Origin: an uncultured Alphaproteobacteria bacterium
Lineage (GTDB): Bacteria > Pseudomonadota > Alphaproteobacteria > RF32 > CAG-239
DNA length: 59,818 nt
Assembly: GCA_944390905.1 (NCBI GenBank)
Contig: CALXRR010000002.1
Coordinates: 1 to 59,818 of the forward strand
Reading direction: 5' to 3'
The translations under genes were made by a program, and so were the position numbers. The notes under the pieces are model-generated. The model saw nothing but the letters and a program-made list of their open reading frames with translations, was not told the DNA's origin and ran no database searches. Below, piece after piece: positions 17,381 to 27,730 of the stretch. How positions within the stretch are numbered: the first letter of the stretch is position 1; each line of letters starts with the position of its first letter.

Positions 17381-18346
17381 CTACAAATCGGGGAACAAGT
17401 CCATACCCTTAGACATACGGGTCATCTGTGTCTCAATTGATGTCGCAAGGTTCAGTTTGCCGCTTTTGATGATGCCGCGTACCTGATCACCTTTGGTCGT
17501 GTCCGGATTCGCAAATAAATAGGTTAGCTGCGGGTGTTTTGCCGCACCGATTCCCACCAACGTCTGGTGCAGCACCCCAAGCATACCGCGAGAGAACAAG
17601 TCATAAGCCAACTCTTCACTCATAGATGTCGACGATGCGTATTTTACGACCGAGTTAATCGCGTCGGCAACGTTGTTTCCGTGGATTGATGACAACACCA
17701 AGTGTCCGGACGTCGCCGCACGCAGAGCCTCACTGGCGGTTTCCGGCGTACGAATCTCACCAACCAAAATATATCTAGGCTTTGAACGTAATGCCGACTT
17801 CAAACCAGCCCCCCAGTCACCTTTAGGCGGAATATTTTGCTTGCACAATCCCAGTCCGCCGCTTCTGGCATGATATACGCCGTCCAAAGGCATTTCACAC
17901 GGGTCTTCAATGGTGTAAGCAAAACCGCCTTCAGTCTGCAAATATTCTTTCAGCAAAGCCGATAGCGAGGTTGTTTTACCTTGTCCGGTCGGACCGGCCC
18001 ACAGAATCAAACCTGAACTGTTGCTAAGGCTTTTTAAATAAGATACCAAATTCACATCAAACCCAAGTGTAGACAACGGCGGCACTTGCTTAGGCATTTT
18101 GCGCCCGCAATATTGCGGTCCATAAATACTCATAGTCCGCTCAATACGATAGAACACACCATCATACAGCAACGAGTAACTGGGGTTACGACCGTCCCAT
18201 GCTTCTTGGAGCTGCTTATAAAAAGGCTCAAAATCCTCAGCTTCCAAGATAGCCAAGCCATTGCGAGTTTTACCATCCGGAATAAAAGCTTTTTTATCCG
18301 GCGTAACATAAATATCAGAAAATTTTACATCATTGATTTTAACCAT
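17381..18346 (-). CDS. PilT-family (type II/IV secretion) hexameric ATPase
   Basis: Walker A GPTGQGKTT, Asp box FAYTIEDPCE, Walker B/His box YILVGEIRTPETA..A..AATSGHLVLSSIHG. At about 320 aa it matches the short PilT/PilU/DotB class rather than GspE. The start is taken at MVKINDV. Confidence 0.7.
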   Translation of the reverse strand: MVKINDVKFSDIYVTPDKKAFIPDGKTRNGLAILEAEDFEPFYKQLQEAWDGRNPSYSLLYDGVFYRIERTMSIYGPQYCGRKMPKQVPPLSTLGFDVNLVSYLKSLSNSSGLILWAGPTGQGKTTSLSALLKEYLQTEGGFAYTIEDPCEMPLDGVYHARSGGLGLCKQNIPPKGDWGAGLKSALRSKPRYILVGEIRTPETASEALRAATSGHLVLSSIHGNNVADAINSVVKYASSTSMSEELAYDLFSRGMLGVLHQTLVGIGAAKHPQLTYLFANPDTTKGDQVRGIIKSGKLNLATSIETQMTRMSKGMDLFPDL

Positions 18347-18443
18347 TTTTTTTGCACCATAAATCAACTCTAATACCTGATAAGGATTATATTGTCGATA
18401 TGTTAAGAAAAGATAAAATTATCTAATAAAAAAACTTCACAAC

Positions 18444-18472
18444 TAAAAAAAGCGCTGCTTTTAGGCAGCGCT
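18444..18472 (-). terminator. Rho-independent terminator after the prepilin gene
   Basis: The minus strand reads agcgctgc-ctaaaa-gcagcgct followed by a T7 run. Confidence 0.7.
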
Positions 18473-18498
18473 CTGATTAGCTTATGGATTTTAACTGA

Positions 18499-19053
18499 TT
18501 ATCTGTATTCCCATTCAACAGAGTTTCCGTTGCCAGCAGCATTGCATTCTGTAGCCGCATCTGAGATAGATACCGGCAAAGTACCAGCAGCCCAAGTATG
18601 CTGAGCGGCAGCGTTAATAGTAACCCCAACCAAACCTGAAGATGACGCTTGTCCCCAGTCAGCCAAAGCCAAGGTCTGACAAGCTGACACGTCCAATCCA
18701 GCGTATCGTACTGTGAAAGATGTATTACCAGCCCCAGGGTTAACAGCAATAGCGCCATTGAAAGGGTTGACCATAGCGTTACCTGCAGCATTAAGCATAT
18801 CAGCTGACGGAATACCCAAGGCGATAATATTAGCAGTGGTTGCATCTGCAAACGAAGTCTGGTTGGCAAACACAGAACGAATATTTATCATCAGCATTGA
18901 AACCTGATCCAAACATTGGTTTATTTTATATTTAGCCATCGCTTTAGAATATCCGGAGATACCGCCAACCGACAACACTCCGATAATCGCCAGCACGCCA
19001 AGCATTTCGACCATAGAACGACCGCTTTGCTCCGCTTCATAAAACTTTTTCAT
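18499..19053 (-). CDS. pilS: Type IV prepilin (type IVb / PilS-like major pilin)
   Basis: Class III signal MKKFYEAEQSG|RSMVEMLGVLAIIGVLSVGGISGY, with Gly at -1, Glu at +5 and a hydrophobic alpha1-N helix. There is a C-terminal Cys pair (C..LA....C). It has its own terminator and a long upstream intergenic region. Confidence 0.75.
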   Translation of the reverse strand: MKKFYEAEQSGRSMVEMLGVLAIIGVLSVGGISGYSKAMAKYKINQCLDQVSMLMINIRSVFANQTSFADATTANIIALGIPSADMLNAAGNAMVNPFNGAIAVNPGAGNTSFTVRYAGLDVSACQTLALADWGQASSSGLVGVTINAAAQHTWAAGTLPVSISDAATECNAAGNGNSVEWEYR

Positions 19054-19198
19054 TTTGTATCTCCTCCCGAAACGTTCTGTAAAACATTATAGCGTAATAT
19101 ATACTAATTAGCAACTTTTATCTTCAATCAGACCATAAGCTTAGTATAAATATTTATCGTCATCATAAAAGCAACTATATTAATTTTTAGTAAAGTAA

Positions 19199-19789
19199 TC
19201 ATTCAAAATTCCAAATAATAATATTTTTATCTTCACATAAGTTTCTGGCATTTGTATTGCTCAGCGGAAAAGCCTTTTCGCCGCCCCAAGAAAACACGTT
19301 TTCTTGAGAGTTCAGCAGGGTTACGCCGCTCAATCCCAGCCTCTGCTCTTCGCTAAAATTATGCTGCATCAGCAAAAAGCAAGCAGTCCTGTTTACTCCG
19401 GTAAACACAATATCAAATCCATATTCCCCCGGCATAACGACATCGCCGCCTTTGCCGGAACCAATAAGCACATTCTGCCCCAAACTATTTTTAATCGTGC
19501 TGTTTTTAGCAATCATATCTTTCGGCACAATCCCGCTTTTTAATGCCGATTCCGTGTCCAATCCCCAATAATTAGGTTTTGAACGATACGCCGCTCTGGT
19601 GTTTTCGGCTAAAGTCATTAGCTCATTAGCCGCTTCCATGGCACGTTGCTCTGATTTTGGCGCAGTTGACATCATCAAAACCAACCCGAGCATAACCACA
19701 ATCACCGCTCCCATCATCATTTTTTTTTGTGATGATAGTTTAGCATATTTTTTGCAAAGATTCTTATATATCTCGCGGTATTTTTTCAT
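19199..19789 (-). CDS. Pilin-like protein lacking a canonical prepilin cleavage motif
   Basis: It has an N-terminal TM helix (MMMGAVIVVMLGLVLMM). Its globular part is collinear with the pilin at 18499: R..Y......G......G.P.DM.....N..G..V...G......F.I.F.G....AC..L. Confidence 0.4.
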   Translation of the reverse strand: MKKYREIYKNLCKKYAKLSSQKKMMMGAVIVVMLGLVLMMSTAPKSEQRAMEAANELMTLAENTRAAYRSKPNYWGLDTESALKSGIVPKDMIAKNSTIKNSLGQNVLIGSGKGGDVVMPGEYGFDIVFTGVNRTACFLLMQHNFSEEQRLGLSGVTLLNSQENVFSWGGEKAFPLSNTNARNLCEDKNIIIWNFE

Positions 19790-19791
19790 AT

Positions 19792-20922
19792 TTAGATACC
19801 CATAGCGCTGGTAATTTGGTCTTGCATTTCAAACGTAGCCATTACCGCCCAAGCAATAATACCTGCCACGGTTAAAATAGCAATCATGTTAAAGATAGAT
19901 GCCTTATTCTCAATCAAATATACACTTTCATCCAACCATTCGGAAGCCATATTTTCCAAAGCTTCTTCAAAGTTATCCAACTCAGAATAAATCTTCAAGT
20001 CATTAACGATTTCAGCGTCCGGATAATCCAATCCGGTTTTATATAAAGCCTGACCCAAGTTATCACCGTTGTTAATAAAGACTAAAGTCTTATCGATTCT
20101 CTCTCTCAAATAAGCATTGGAGTCGCGGCGCAACGCACGCAAAGACGTAGATACCGGCATTCCGCTTTTAACCAAAGCCGACAACGCCAACAACCAGCTG
20201 ATACCGGAAAAGATTTTATACAAAGACCAAGGTGGAAAATGGTCAAAAGTAGCTCTCAGTCGTCCGGTCCACGAGCCGACAGTAGCATAAATAATCAAAG
20301 ATATTACCGGCAGGATAGAAAATGCAAAAAGCCAGTTTTTCTGAATCCAGTCAGACAAATTTACCAAATCCAAAGCCATTCCTCTCCATCTGACATTAGG
20401 AGCCGCCTCCAACATCGGAGGCACCATCCACACGCCGATAGCATAAATAATCAAAACCGACATCATAAAAAGGAAGAACGGATAAGTAATGGCTCCGATA
20501 ATCGGACGCACCATTTTGGTAGAACCTTCGGTAACTTTAATCAAGTTCAACAGCGCATGTTCCATATCGGACACATCACCTACCGACAGCATCAATCTTT
20601 CCTGATTCGGCGCCCATCCGCGCAAAGCCTCCGAGAAAGGCAAACCATTCTGCAACGCTCTTCCCCAAGATGCAATAGCAATCGCCATCGGTTCTTTAGG
20701 ATTCTTTCCGCCATTGCTAAATCCGCTGTGCACCAAATCCAAAGCATTCATTAACGAGAAGCGGTTTCTAAGCAATGAAGCGAGCTTTCGGTATATTTTC
20801 AAGCGCACACCATTAGACATACGGCAAATCATTTTTGCATAATAAACCTCTACCGTACCCAAGCTTTTCATGGCTTTTTCTAAAGATGATTTTCCTTTGT
20901 TTTCTTCCATCCTAAACCTCAT
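19792..20922 (-). CDS. pilR: GspF/PilC-family inner-membrane platform protein (R64 PilR-like)
   Basis: 376 aa with two GspF-like cytoplasmic repeats and three hydrophobic helices. It lies immediately downstream of the GspE-type ATPase. Confidence 0.65.
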   Translation of the reverse strand: MRFRMEENKGKSSLEKAMKSLGTVEVYYAKMICRMSNGVRLKIYRKLASLLRNRFSLMNALDLVHSGFSNGGKNPKEPMAIAIASWGRALQNGLPFSEALRGWAPNQERLMLSVGDVSDMEHALLNLIKVTEGSTKMVRPIIGAITYPFFLFMMSVLIIYAIGVWMVPPMLEAAPNVRWRGMALDLVNLSDWIQKNWLFAFSILPVISLIIYATVGSWTGRLRATFDHFPPWSLYKIFSGISWLLALSALVKSGMPVSTSLRALRRDSNAYLRERIDKTLVFINNGDNLGQALYKTGLDYPDAEIVNDLKIYSELDNFEEALENMASEWLDESVYLIENKASIFNMIAILTVAGIIAWAVMATFEMQDQITSAMGI

Positions 20923-20930
20923 CTTTCATA

Positions 20931-22625
20931 TTAATATACCGGACGCTGGTCGAGCAGTCCGCACCATCTTTCCACTTCATCCAAATCAATATACCCTTTA
21001 AGCATACGCTCAATCGCAGCATCTTTCAAGGGTCTTCCGTTTAATTCACCGGTCCAATAATCAATAGCTTTTCTGGTCTCGCCCGAGATCATCAAATCCA
21101 AAAACTTCGCATCCGGCAAAATAATCTCCGGTACGCACATACGCCCTTTAATACCGGTATTATCACAATATTTACACCCCGGTCCTCTAACAAAGGTATT
21201 CTCAACACCAAAATCACCCAAAGCAGTCTTAAGGCGTTGTACAGCCGGAGAATCCAACATCGTTTTTACAGGGATTCGACAATGCGGGCATAGTCTTCTG
21301 AACAATCGTTGTGAAATTAAGCCTTTAATCAATTCAGGATCATTCAGCATAAATGTCTTCACACCCATATCGCGCAAACGAGTAACAATCGCCGGAGCCG
21401 AGTTTGCGTGCAGAGTCGTCCATACGCCGTGACCGGACAACGCACCCTTAAAAGTCAACTCCGCAGCCGCAATGGAGCGCACCTCACCAACCATCATTAC
21501 ATCAGGGTCCGAACGCAACGCCGCCGATAGCGCCTTAGTAAACTCTTCATCTTTTTCTTCTTCGCTGTTAGCGTTAGTCACCGGCATTTGCCGCGCCCCG
21601 GGGATAGGATACTCCGGCGGGTCTTCCACGGTAATCAGGTTGATTTCATAGTTTTTTTCTTGCAATAGCTTAATCATATTGCGTTGCAATGTAGTACTTT
21701 TACCAGATCCGGTAGGACCTGCAATAATACTCAGACCGGTAGGAACAGCACGCAGCCTAAAAAACAGATTCTCCTCGTATTCGCCAAATCCGAGTGAAGC
21801 CAAATCGCCGGTGCCTTCAGGGTTGTCATCGGCATACAGCAAACGCATAACCAAATATTGCGAACCAAACGCAATCGGGTTAAATTGCAAACGGATAGCC
21901 AAAATATTATGCGGTAGCATCAGCTTGCCTTTAGACCCGCGCAAAGGCGTAGAACCCAGCTTTTGCGCTCCTTGGAACTCGTTTTGAGCATAGTTCGCAT
22001 CTGAAATATCCGCCGAGGCAAAAGCCGCACGCACAAAAGCCTCTCCCCAGTCTTTGTTATATTCCATAACGGTAGTCATCATACCATTAATACGGAACAT
22101 AATCTGAGTGCTGTTAGCAACAATAATATGAATATCAGACACCTTTTGTGACGCTGCGCGAGACACCACGTTCACAAAGTCCTTCTGCATCTGGAGCTGA
22201 GCTAAGTCTTCATCGCCTTCGATATTGACATTAGAACGCTCACCGATAGCATAAACCGCATTTAATTCATTTTGAGAAACATATTCAGGTTTGCCGATAC
22301 TAAGCTTTTTTTTGCGAGCCAGCACTTCAAAGCTGAGCACGCGTCCATCAAACTTATGAGTATCTAATACTAAGAAACGCCCATCTGAAAACAACGCCAC
22401 CAAACGTCTTGTATCATCATTGATAACCAAGTTTGGATTGCTAGGTAGAGTCAACAACCTGTTTCCATGCTGAAAATAAGACTGTATTTTACTTACAGGC
22501 TTTTTTTCATCAATGTCATAGCTGTCGTTGCTTTCAATATCAGAAGAAACAGCCGAAGTTGTTTCTTCTGTAGAAGAAAGAGCTTCAGCTGTATTTTTAT
22601 CTTCCTGTGCGGCTATATCATCCAT
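20931..22625 (-). CDS. pilQ: GspE/PilB-family assembly ATPase (R64 PilQ-like)
   Basis: Walker A GPTGSGKST, Asp box ITVEDPPEYP, Walker B VMMVGEVRS, His box TGHGVWTTLHANSA and a tetracysteine CPHC...CKYC. Confidence 0.85.
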   Translation of the reverse strand: MDDIAAQEDKNTAEALSSTEETTSAVSSDIESNDSYDIDEKKPVSKIQSYFQHGNRLLTLPSNPNLVINDDTRRLVALFSDGRFLVLDTHKFDGRVLSFEVLARKKKLSIGKPEYVSQNELNAVYAIGERSNVNIEGDEDLAQLQMQKDFVNVVSRAASQKVSDIHIIVANSTQIMFRINGMMTTVMEYNKDWGEAFVRAAFASADISDANYAQNEFQGAQKLGSTPLRGSKGKLMLPHNILAIRLQFNPIAFGSQYLVMRLLYADDNPEGTGDLASLGFGEYEENLFFRLRAVPTGLSIIAGPTGSGKSTTLQRNMIKLLQEKNYEINLITVEDPPEYPIPGARQMPVTNANSEEEKDEEFTKALSAALRSDPDVMMVGEVRSIAAAELTFKGALSGHGVWTTLHANSAPAIVTRLRDMGVKTFMLNDPELIKGLISQRLFRRLCPHCRIPVKTMLDSPAVQRLKTALGDFGVENTFVRGPGCKYCDNTGIKGRMCVPEIILPDAKFLDLMISGETRKAIDYWTGELNGRPLKDAAIERMLKGYIDLDEVERWCGLLDQRPVY

Positions 22626-22630
22626 AGATG

Positions 22631-24139
22631 TTACCTGACAAACAAGCCCTCACCCAAGCTTGGGATACCGGCCGTTCCAACCAAAGACTCATTGGCTCCG
22701 CCGGCAGCCCCGCCACCGACACCGCCATTAGCCCCCTGAGTAGCCGCCATTTTAGCTTTAGTTATAACCGCGTTGCTAACCGGTTCACTATCAAGGATAC
22801 CACCAGCCGTGAAGTATAAATAATCTTTCACGCCGTCAATGTCGCCTCTGATATAAGTTTCTGTAATTTCATCAATTACATGTCCGGTTTGCAAGGTAGT
22901 ACCTTTTCTAACCAAGAAGTAATCCCCATTTTTATTGATTAACTTCGCAGCCAGATTTTCACCTTTACCGACTACTTCCATAATAGCATACACATCGCTC
23001 AACATTACTTGCTTTTCAGCTGGCAACTGAGCAAACGGGTTAGACTTATTCTTTTCAGCTAATTCAGCATCCAGACGAGACTGTAAGACCGAAATTTTAG
23101 TCTTCAAAGCATCAACATCTTGGTTGTGACGATTCTTTGCGTTCTGCGCATCAATCACCGTCTTTTTAGCCAAATTAATTAAGTTAGACAACTTCAGTTG
23201 AAAATCATTCAACAAAAACTCACGTTCTTTTTCAACCTCAGCCATCTGCTGATAAATCTTTTCGTTATTTTTAATCCACTGTTGCTTTTCTTGGAGCATT
23301 TCTTCTTTGTAAGCTTTAACGATTTTTTCTTGGCGTAAGCCTTCCATCTTAGCTTCCAAATCTTTTACTTTCTGCTCTTCTTCCAGCAGTTTTTTCTTTT
23401 GTTCATTTTCCCATTCTTGTTTTTTGCGCTGTTTTTCTTCTTCGGCAGCTTGTTGTTCAAGCTGAGCCTGTTGGCGCTGAGCTTTGATAGCCTCAATCTC
23501 GTTTTTGATTTTTTCTCTTCTGAGTTCCAAAGACAGCAAAGCAGACTGTTTCTCTAAAGTAGACATCTTAGAGAACAAATTTGTATCAATTTGTGTCAGA
23601 GCAGAATCTTCTCCATTGATTTCGCGCAACGGATCATCTTCAGGTCTGATTTCATCATCGACGGTAGCTGCGGTGTTAGGAATAACCAAATCATTAACCG
23701 ATTTCTTTGGCTGAATCGGCTGATTATTAACATCTCCTAAAGGTGCAACCGGTTCTCCGCCTAACAATCCGTTAGCAGCTCTGGGCTGAGGAGCCAAAGG
23801 ATCATTTACGATAGGAGCATTGTGCATTGGCTCGTTTTCAGGCAATACTTTTTGAGGCATTGCCGGAGCACTCGGAGTAATCAGATTATTATTATTCTGA
23901 GGCAAAAGAGCATTATCCGGATCTTCATCCAAGATAGGCAAATTTTTCTCGTTATTATCCGGAGCATCTAAGTCCAGCGATACTGAGCCCTGAACCTCAT
24001 TGTTGTTAAGGTTCATATTCTGAGCCGAAGCCTGAGATACAGCAGACATACTCAAGAGTAAGGACAACGCCGTTCCGGCCAACATATTCTTTAAGCTATA
24101 ACACATAGATTGCTCCTTCATAATCCCATTTATTTTCAT
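22631..24139 (-). CDS. Secreted coiled-coil protein with PilP-like C-terminal beta domain
   Basis: Signal peptide, a Pro/Asn-rich region, then about 150 aa of K/E/Q coiled coil. The C-terminal block (YAIMEVVGKGENLAAKLINKNGDYFLVRKGTTLQTGHVIDEIT) resembles PilP. The position matches R64 pilP. The start codon is ambiguous (24139, 24106 or 24088). Confidence 0.4.
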   Translation of the reverse strand: MKINGIMKEQSMCYSLKNMLAGTALSLLLSMSAVSQASAQNMNLNNNEVQGSVSLDLDAPDNNEKNLPILDEDPDNALLPQNNNNLITPSAPAMPQKVLPENEPMHNAPIVNDPLAPQPRAANGLLGGEPVAPLGDVNNQPIQPKKSVNDLVIPNTAATVDDEIRPEDDPLREINGEDSALTQIDTNLFSKMSTLEKQSALLSLELRREKIKNEIEAIKAQRQQAQLEQQAAEEEKQRKKQEWENEQKKKLLEEEQKVKDLEAKMEGLRQEKIVKAYKEEMLQEKQQWIKNNEKIYQQMAEVEKEREFLLNDFQLKLSNLINLAKKTVIDAQNAKNRHNQDVDALKTKISVLQSRLDAELAEKNKSNPFAQLPAEKQVMLSDVYAIMEVVGKGENLAAKLINKNGDYFLVRKGTTLQTGHVIDEITETYIRGDIDGVKDYLYFTAGGILDSEPVSNAVITKAKMAATQGANGGVGGGAAGGANESLVGTAGIPSLGEGLFVR

Positions 24140-25370
24140 CCTTGGTATATTTTATCATTTTAACCTCAAGTCCTGAAAATTTTGTTAACAAATCACGCCA
24201 AACGACAGGATTATTAACCGACGAAAATCTAAACTGCACCGAACGATAAACATTTGATTGTTCAGAAGTCATATTAGTTTCAGCCAAAGCTACTTGTTGG
24301 TTAATTGATTGAAATAAATCATTAAGAGTCATTTTCAGCTGAGCCGAATTATAAGCAGGAGTACTGTTAACGGTATCAATGCCATCAAGCTCTACCGAAA
24401 TAGTTACTTTATTTCCGTCATCAGAAAAATTCTTCCCGCTAAACTTAATTCCAGACTTGTCCAAAGCCTCATCCAGCCATGCCAACCTTCCGACCTCTCT
24501 GGTCCATTCCGTACTAACAGAGTTTGGAGTGCAAGAAACCGCGCCAATTTTCCACCCAGGTGTCATAATCTGAGAGATTGCCGCAATATAATCATAGCAT
24601 TTAGTCATCATCTGCGTAGGATTCTTAACCTTTTCCCACGGTTTGACTTCCGGAATTTTCTCAATCGGCTTAATTACTTTAGGCTTAATCGGTGCCATCA
24701 CCGGTCTTTTCGGAGGAGCCAAAAAGATGCTGTCAATAATCGTAGATAAGAGCCACATACCCACAACAGCCGATACACCGATAACCATAAACAACTTTGT
24801 GCCGCGCAGAGCCTTAATTTTCTGCAGTTTAGCTCTGTTGCCCTTAGATATCAATGTTTTTACATCAATATCTTCGGTGCCGTCAATCGCCCATTCCTCC
24901 GGAGCAATTTTTTTACCCCAATCCGGCACAGCCAACATTGACATGAATTGGTTTTTAGCATCTTCTTCGTTTAAGAAGACCATATCACCGTCAGAAAGTA
25001 TAATATCATTTCTGACGCAAATATACCACCATCCTTCTTGGACTTTGAAGACTGCCACGAATGAAGACTGCCCGCCCAGAGCTGTAGCCACAGGAATAGC
25101 ACCAACATTCATGCCCTTTTTATAGCCTTGCTTAGAGGCACAAATACCAAACTGAGGAGCCTTTCCTTGTTTAATACAGAAGAGATCAGCCCCTTCCATA
25201 ATACCCTCGGCGGCATCATTAACCTCAGTAACCGGATCATCAGTGTTTTGTAAAGGCTGCCAGAACAAGCTTGTAGCATAAGTCAAGCCGTCCACGGTCA
25301 CTTGAGTCGCCCAAGTACGATTACCGCCTTCCTCAAAATCCTGATCCATTAACTGAGCATCTTCCAGCAC
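24096..25370 (-). CDS. PilO-like type IVb pilus biogenesis protein (bitopic)
   Basis: 424 aa with a single central TM helix (LFMVIGVSAVVGMWLLSTII). Its size and its position between secretin and PilP match R64/PAPI-1 PilO. No motif-level proof. Confidence 0.35.
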   Translation of the reverse strand: MLEDAQLMDQDFEEGGNRTWATQVTVDGLTYATSLFWQPLQNTDDPVTEVNDAAEGIMEGADLFCIKQGKAPQFGICASKQGYKKGMNVGAIPVATALGGQSSFVAVFKVQEGWWYICVRNDIILSDGDMVFLNEEDAKNQFMSMLAVPDWGKKIAPEEWAIDGTEDIDVKTLISKGNRAKLQKIKALRGTKLFMVIGVSAVVGMWLLSTIIDSIFLAPPKRPVMAPIKPKVIKPIEKIPEVKPWEKVKNPTQMMTKCYDYIAAISQIMTPGWKIGAVSCTPNSVSTEWTREVGRLAWLDEALDKSGIKFSGKNFSDDGNKVTISVELDGIDTVNSTPAYNSAQLKMTLNDLFQSINQQVALAETNMTSEQSNVYRSVQFRFSSVNNPVVWRDLLTKFSGLEVKMIKYTKDENKWDYEGAIYVL

Positions 25371-25395
25371 GTTTTTTGTTCCTTATATCAAGTAA

Positions 25396-27000
25396 TTAAA
25401 TTCTATTTGTTACTCTTGTTTCCGGATTAAGAGGGCTTTCCAAGACCACCGGTGTCAAGATAATCACCAAGATACTACGATCCTTAGAGGCTAAAGCCGA
25501 ACCTCCGAACAAAGAGTTTGTAGCTGAACCAACGCCTCTTTTCTCGGTAGTATTTTCAACTCTCTCATAACCAGTCAAGACCAAAGATTCTCCGGATTTC
25601 AAAGCTACCTCTTGAGTAAAGCCGCGAGATTCGATAATCGGGTTTTGAATGTATTGACCGTCATCTTCTTCTCCGTTTCCACCCAACGGAACCTTTTCCA
25701 AGTCAATCAAATCAGACAAAGTCAAGTTAAACATCAACAACAAACGACCATGCTCCAAGATTCTCGGCAACACATCAAGTGTAAAACCGGTCTCAATTTC
25801 TTCAGTCTCGGTAGACACGTCATAATAGTTTCCGTCGCCGCCGCTGTTTGTTTTGGTAATTTCAGAAATATAATTCTGCTTTTTAACCACTTGAATCGGT
25901 GCCGGCTTATTATTCAGAGTAGTAACAGTACCACTGGTAATAAGGTTTGTCGTTCCTTGAGTAGACAATGCCTGCAAGCTGGCGCTCAAGTCCCAATTCC
26001 CCGGCATAACGCGCATTTCTAAGTTTTTGGCAATGTCATCCCCTAAAGTATTAGTCGGGCTAAGCATAGTAAACTGAGACTTTCCATCATCAAAAGCAGC
26101 GCTCAAATCCAACCCATAAGTATCGCTGTCGGAAATGCTAACTTGCAAAACCTTAACACTGATAGCAACTTGTCGTGACAAACGAGCATTTTGCTCATTA
26201 ATAAACTTAGCTACTTTAGCAATATCATTCGGGTTTGATGTTAACGAAATCGTACCGTTAGCCGAATCAATTGTAAGTTTTGAATCCTTATCAATCATTG
26301 ATGTAATAGCTTTTTCGATATTTCCCCACAGCTCAATTTCAGCAGTGCTGCTTAAAGAGAGCTCTGAAGTACCACCTTCACCACTGGCCGAACCACCAAC
26401 ATTAACAGACAAAGACGGTTTTGTCGGCAAACTATACAAAACAAAGGTTCTTGTAATATTTTTATAGAAGTAAATCTCTTTACGGTCGTACTTCCACCAA
26501 ATTCCAAAACGAGAAGCAATCTCATTAAGCAATCCACTCAGAGGTCCTCTATAAGAAACCAACATTTTATCCGGCTCGGTCCAATCCGCGTTAATTGTTT
26601 CAGGAGTAGGCTTGTTGCCTTTAGCCGAAGCCTTAATGGATTCCTCCAAATGAGGCGCAAATCTTACCTGCAAAGAAGTAATTTTATTAATCATATCACC
26701 AATTTCATACAGCGTAATAGGTCTGTTGCTGATAAGAGTGATGCCTTCTTTGGTTTCTAAATAAGCCGGAATAGGCTGCCCTTCAAATTCAATTTCACTA
26801 CTGTCGCCGAGCCAAATATCATTTTTAACTCTGACTACATCGTCAGCTGCAAGCTCAGTCGGAGCTTTAGCCGCCTCACGTAAAGTAGTAGCCGCCTTGA
26901 CATCTTTTTCTTGAGTAGCGTCCATACTTGTAGACATGGAGCATGCAGCCGCAAAAGCGACCAGAGCCAAGCTCATTCCATATTTAAAAAACTTATTCAT
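25396..27000 (-). CDS. pilN: PilN-type secretin lipoprotein (type IVb pilus outer-membrane channel)
   Basis: Start MNKFFKYGMSLALVAFAAAC with lipobox A-A-A-C. The secretin core is VAISVKVLQVSISDSDTYGLDL...VALKSGESLVLTGY...SILVIILTPVVL. Confidence 0.75.
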   Translation of the reverse strand: MNKFFKYGMSLALVAFAAACSMSTSMDATQEKDVKAATTLREAAKAPTELAADDVVRVKNDIWLGDSSEIEFEGQPIPAYLETKEGITLISNRPITLYEIGDMINKITSLQVRFAPHLEESIKASAKGNKPTPETINADWTEPDKMLVSYRGPLSGLLNEIASRFGIWWKYDRKEIYFYKNITRTFVLYSLPTKPSLSVNVGGSASGEGGTSELSLSSTAEIELWGNIEKAITSMIDKDSKLTIDSANGTISLTSNPNDIAKVAKFINEQNARLSRQVAISVKVLQVSISDSDTYGLDLSAAFDDGKSQFTMLSPTNTLGDDIAKNLEMRVMPGNWDLSASLQALSTQGTTNLITSGTVTTLNNKPAPIQVVKKQNYISEITKTNSGGDGNYYDVSTETEEIETGFTLDVLPRILEHGRLLLMFNLTLSDLIDLEKVPLGGNGEEDDGQYIQNPIIESRGFTQEVALKSGESLVLTGYERVENTTEKRGVGSATNSLFGGSALASKDRSILVIILTPVVLESPLNPETRVTNRI

Positions 27001-27631
27001 ATGCATTCTCATCCTCCATAGTCTCAACGACTAAAACTCTGTTTCCTTTATAAAACGTAGCAATCGGTGCCGGCTGAGCTCTTGCAAAAGCTCTAATTAA
27101 AGCAGAGCTAACATCAGCAAAGCGCCCTCTAAACATAGCACCGGCAGTTAAAGTATAATTTCTGTTTGACTTCCAAACCAAGCGCCATCCTGCTTGTTCA
27201 CTCCAATCAGTCAGCAAGCCTTTAAGGGTTTTGCCTTCTTCAGCGAGCCAGTCATCAACGGGATCCTCGGCATTATATCCATTAATATCGCCACCTGAAG
27301 CCCCAATATCACTGCCTTCGGAATCATAAATTTCTTCCTCATAATCAACATATTCATCTTCAATACGCGGAGGAATTGCAGCCGAAAGATTATTTCCGGC
27401 ACCGGCCTGAGTAATATATTGATCACGAGGAGCTCTTTCGCCATAAGCTCTATAATCAGCCGTTGTCTGAGTATAATTTACAAAAGCATTCTCATCCTGA
27501 GCAGGGCTAAAGTTTGCCCCTGAAACCTCTTGATCGCAAGGCACCACCGGCATTTCCGGAGCTTGAGATGCACAGCCCCCTACGGCGAATAGGCCCATAA
27601 TCACAGCGGTTAATTTTGTTTTGACACTCAT
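26993..27631 (-). CDS. pilL: PilL-like lipoprotein with TcpQ-type C-terminal domain
   Basis: Lipobox in MSVKTKLTAVIMGLFAVGGC. The C-terminus reads GKTLKGLLTDWSEQAGWRLVWKS.RNYTL.AGA.F.G.F......L..AF......P.....YKGN.VLVV, which is TcpQ/PilL-like. An alternative start is at 27661. Confidence 0.55.
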   Translation of the reverse strand: MSVKTKLTAVIMGLFAVGGCASQAPEMPVVPCDQEVSGANFSPAQDENAFVNYTQTTADYRAYGERAPRDQYITQAGAGNNLSAAIPPRIEDEYVDYEEEIYDSEGSDIGASGGDINGYNAEDPVDDWLAEEGKTLKGLLTDWSEQAGWRLVWKSNRNYTLTAGAMFRGRFADVSSALIRAFARAQPAPIATFYKGNRVLVVETMEDENAYE

Positions 27632-27730
27632 CTTTACATTCCTTAAGCAATGTTTAATCATATATTTTTTTAGTTTAATAATACTTATTAGTGGTAAATA
27701 ATCAAGCTCGAGTCTTAACTTATTAACTAT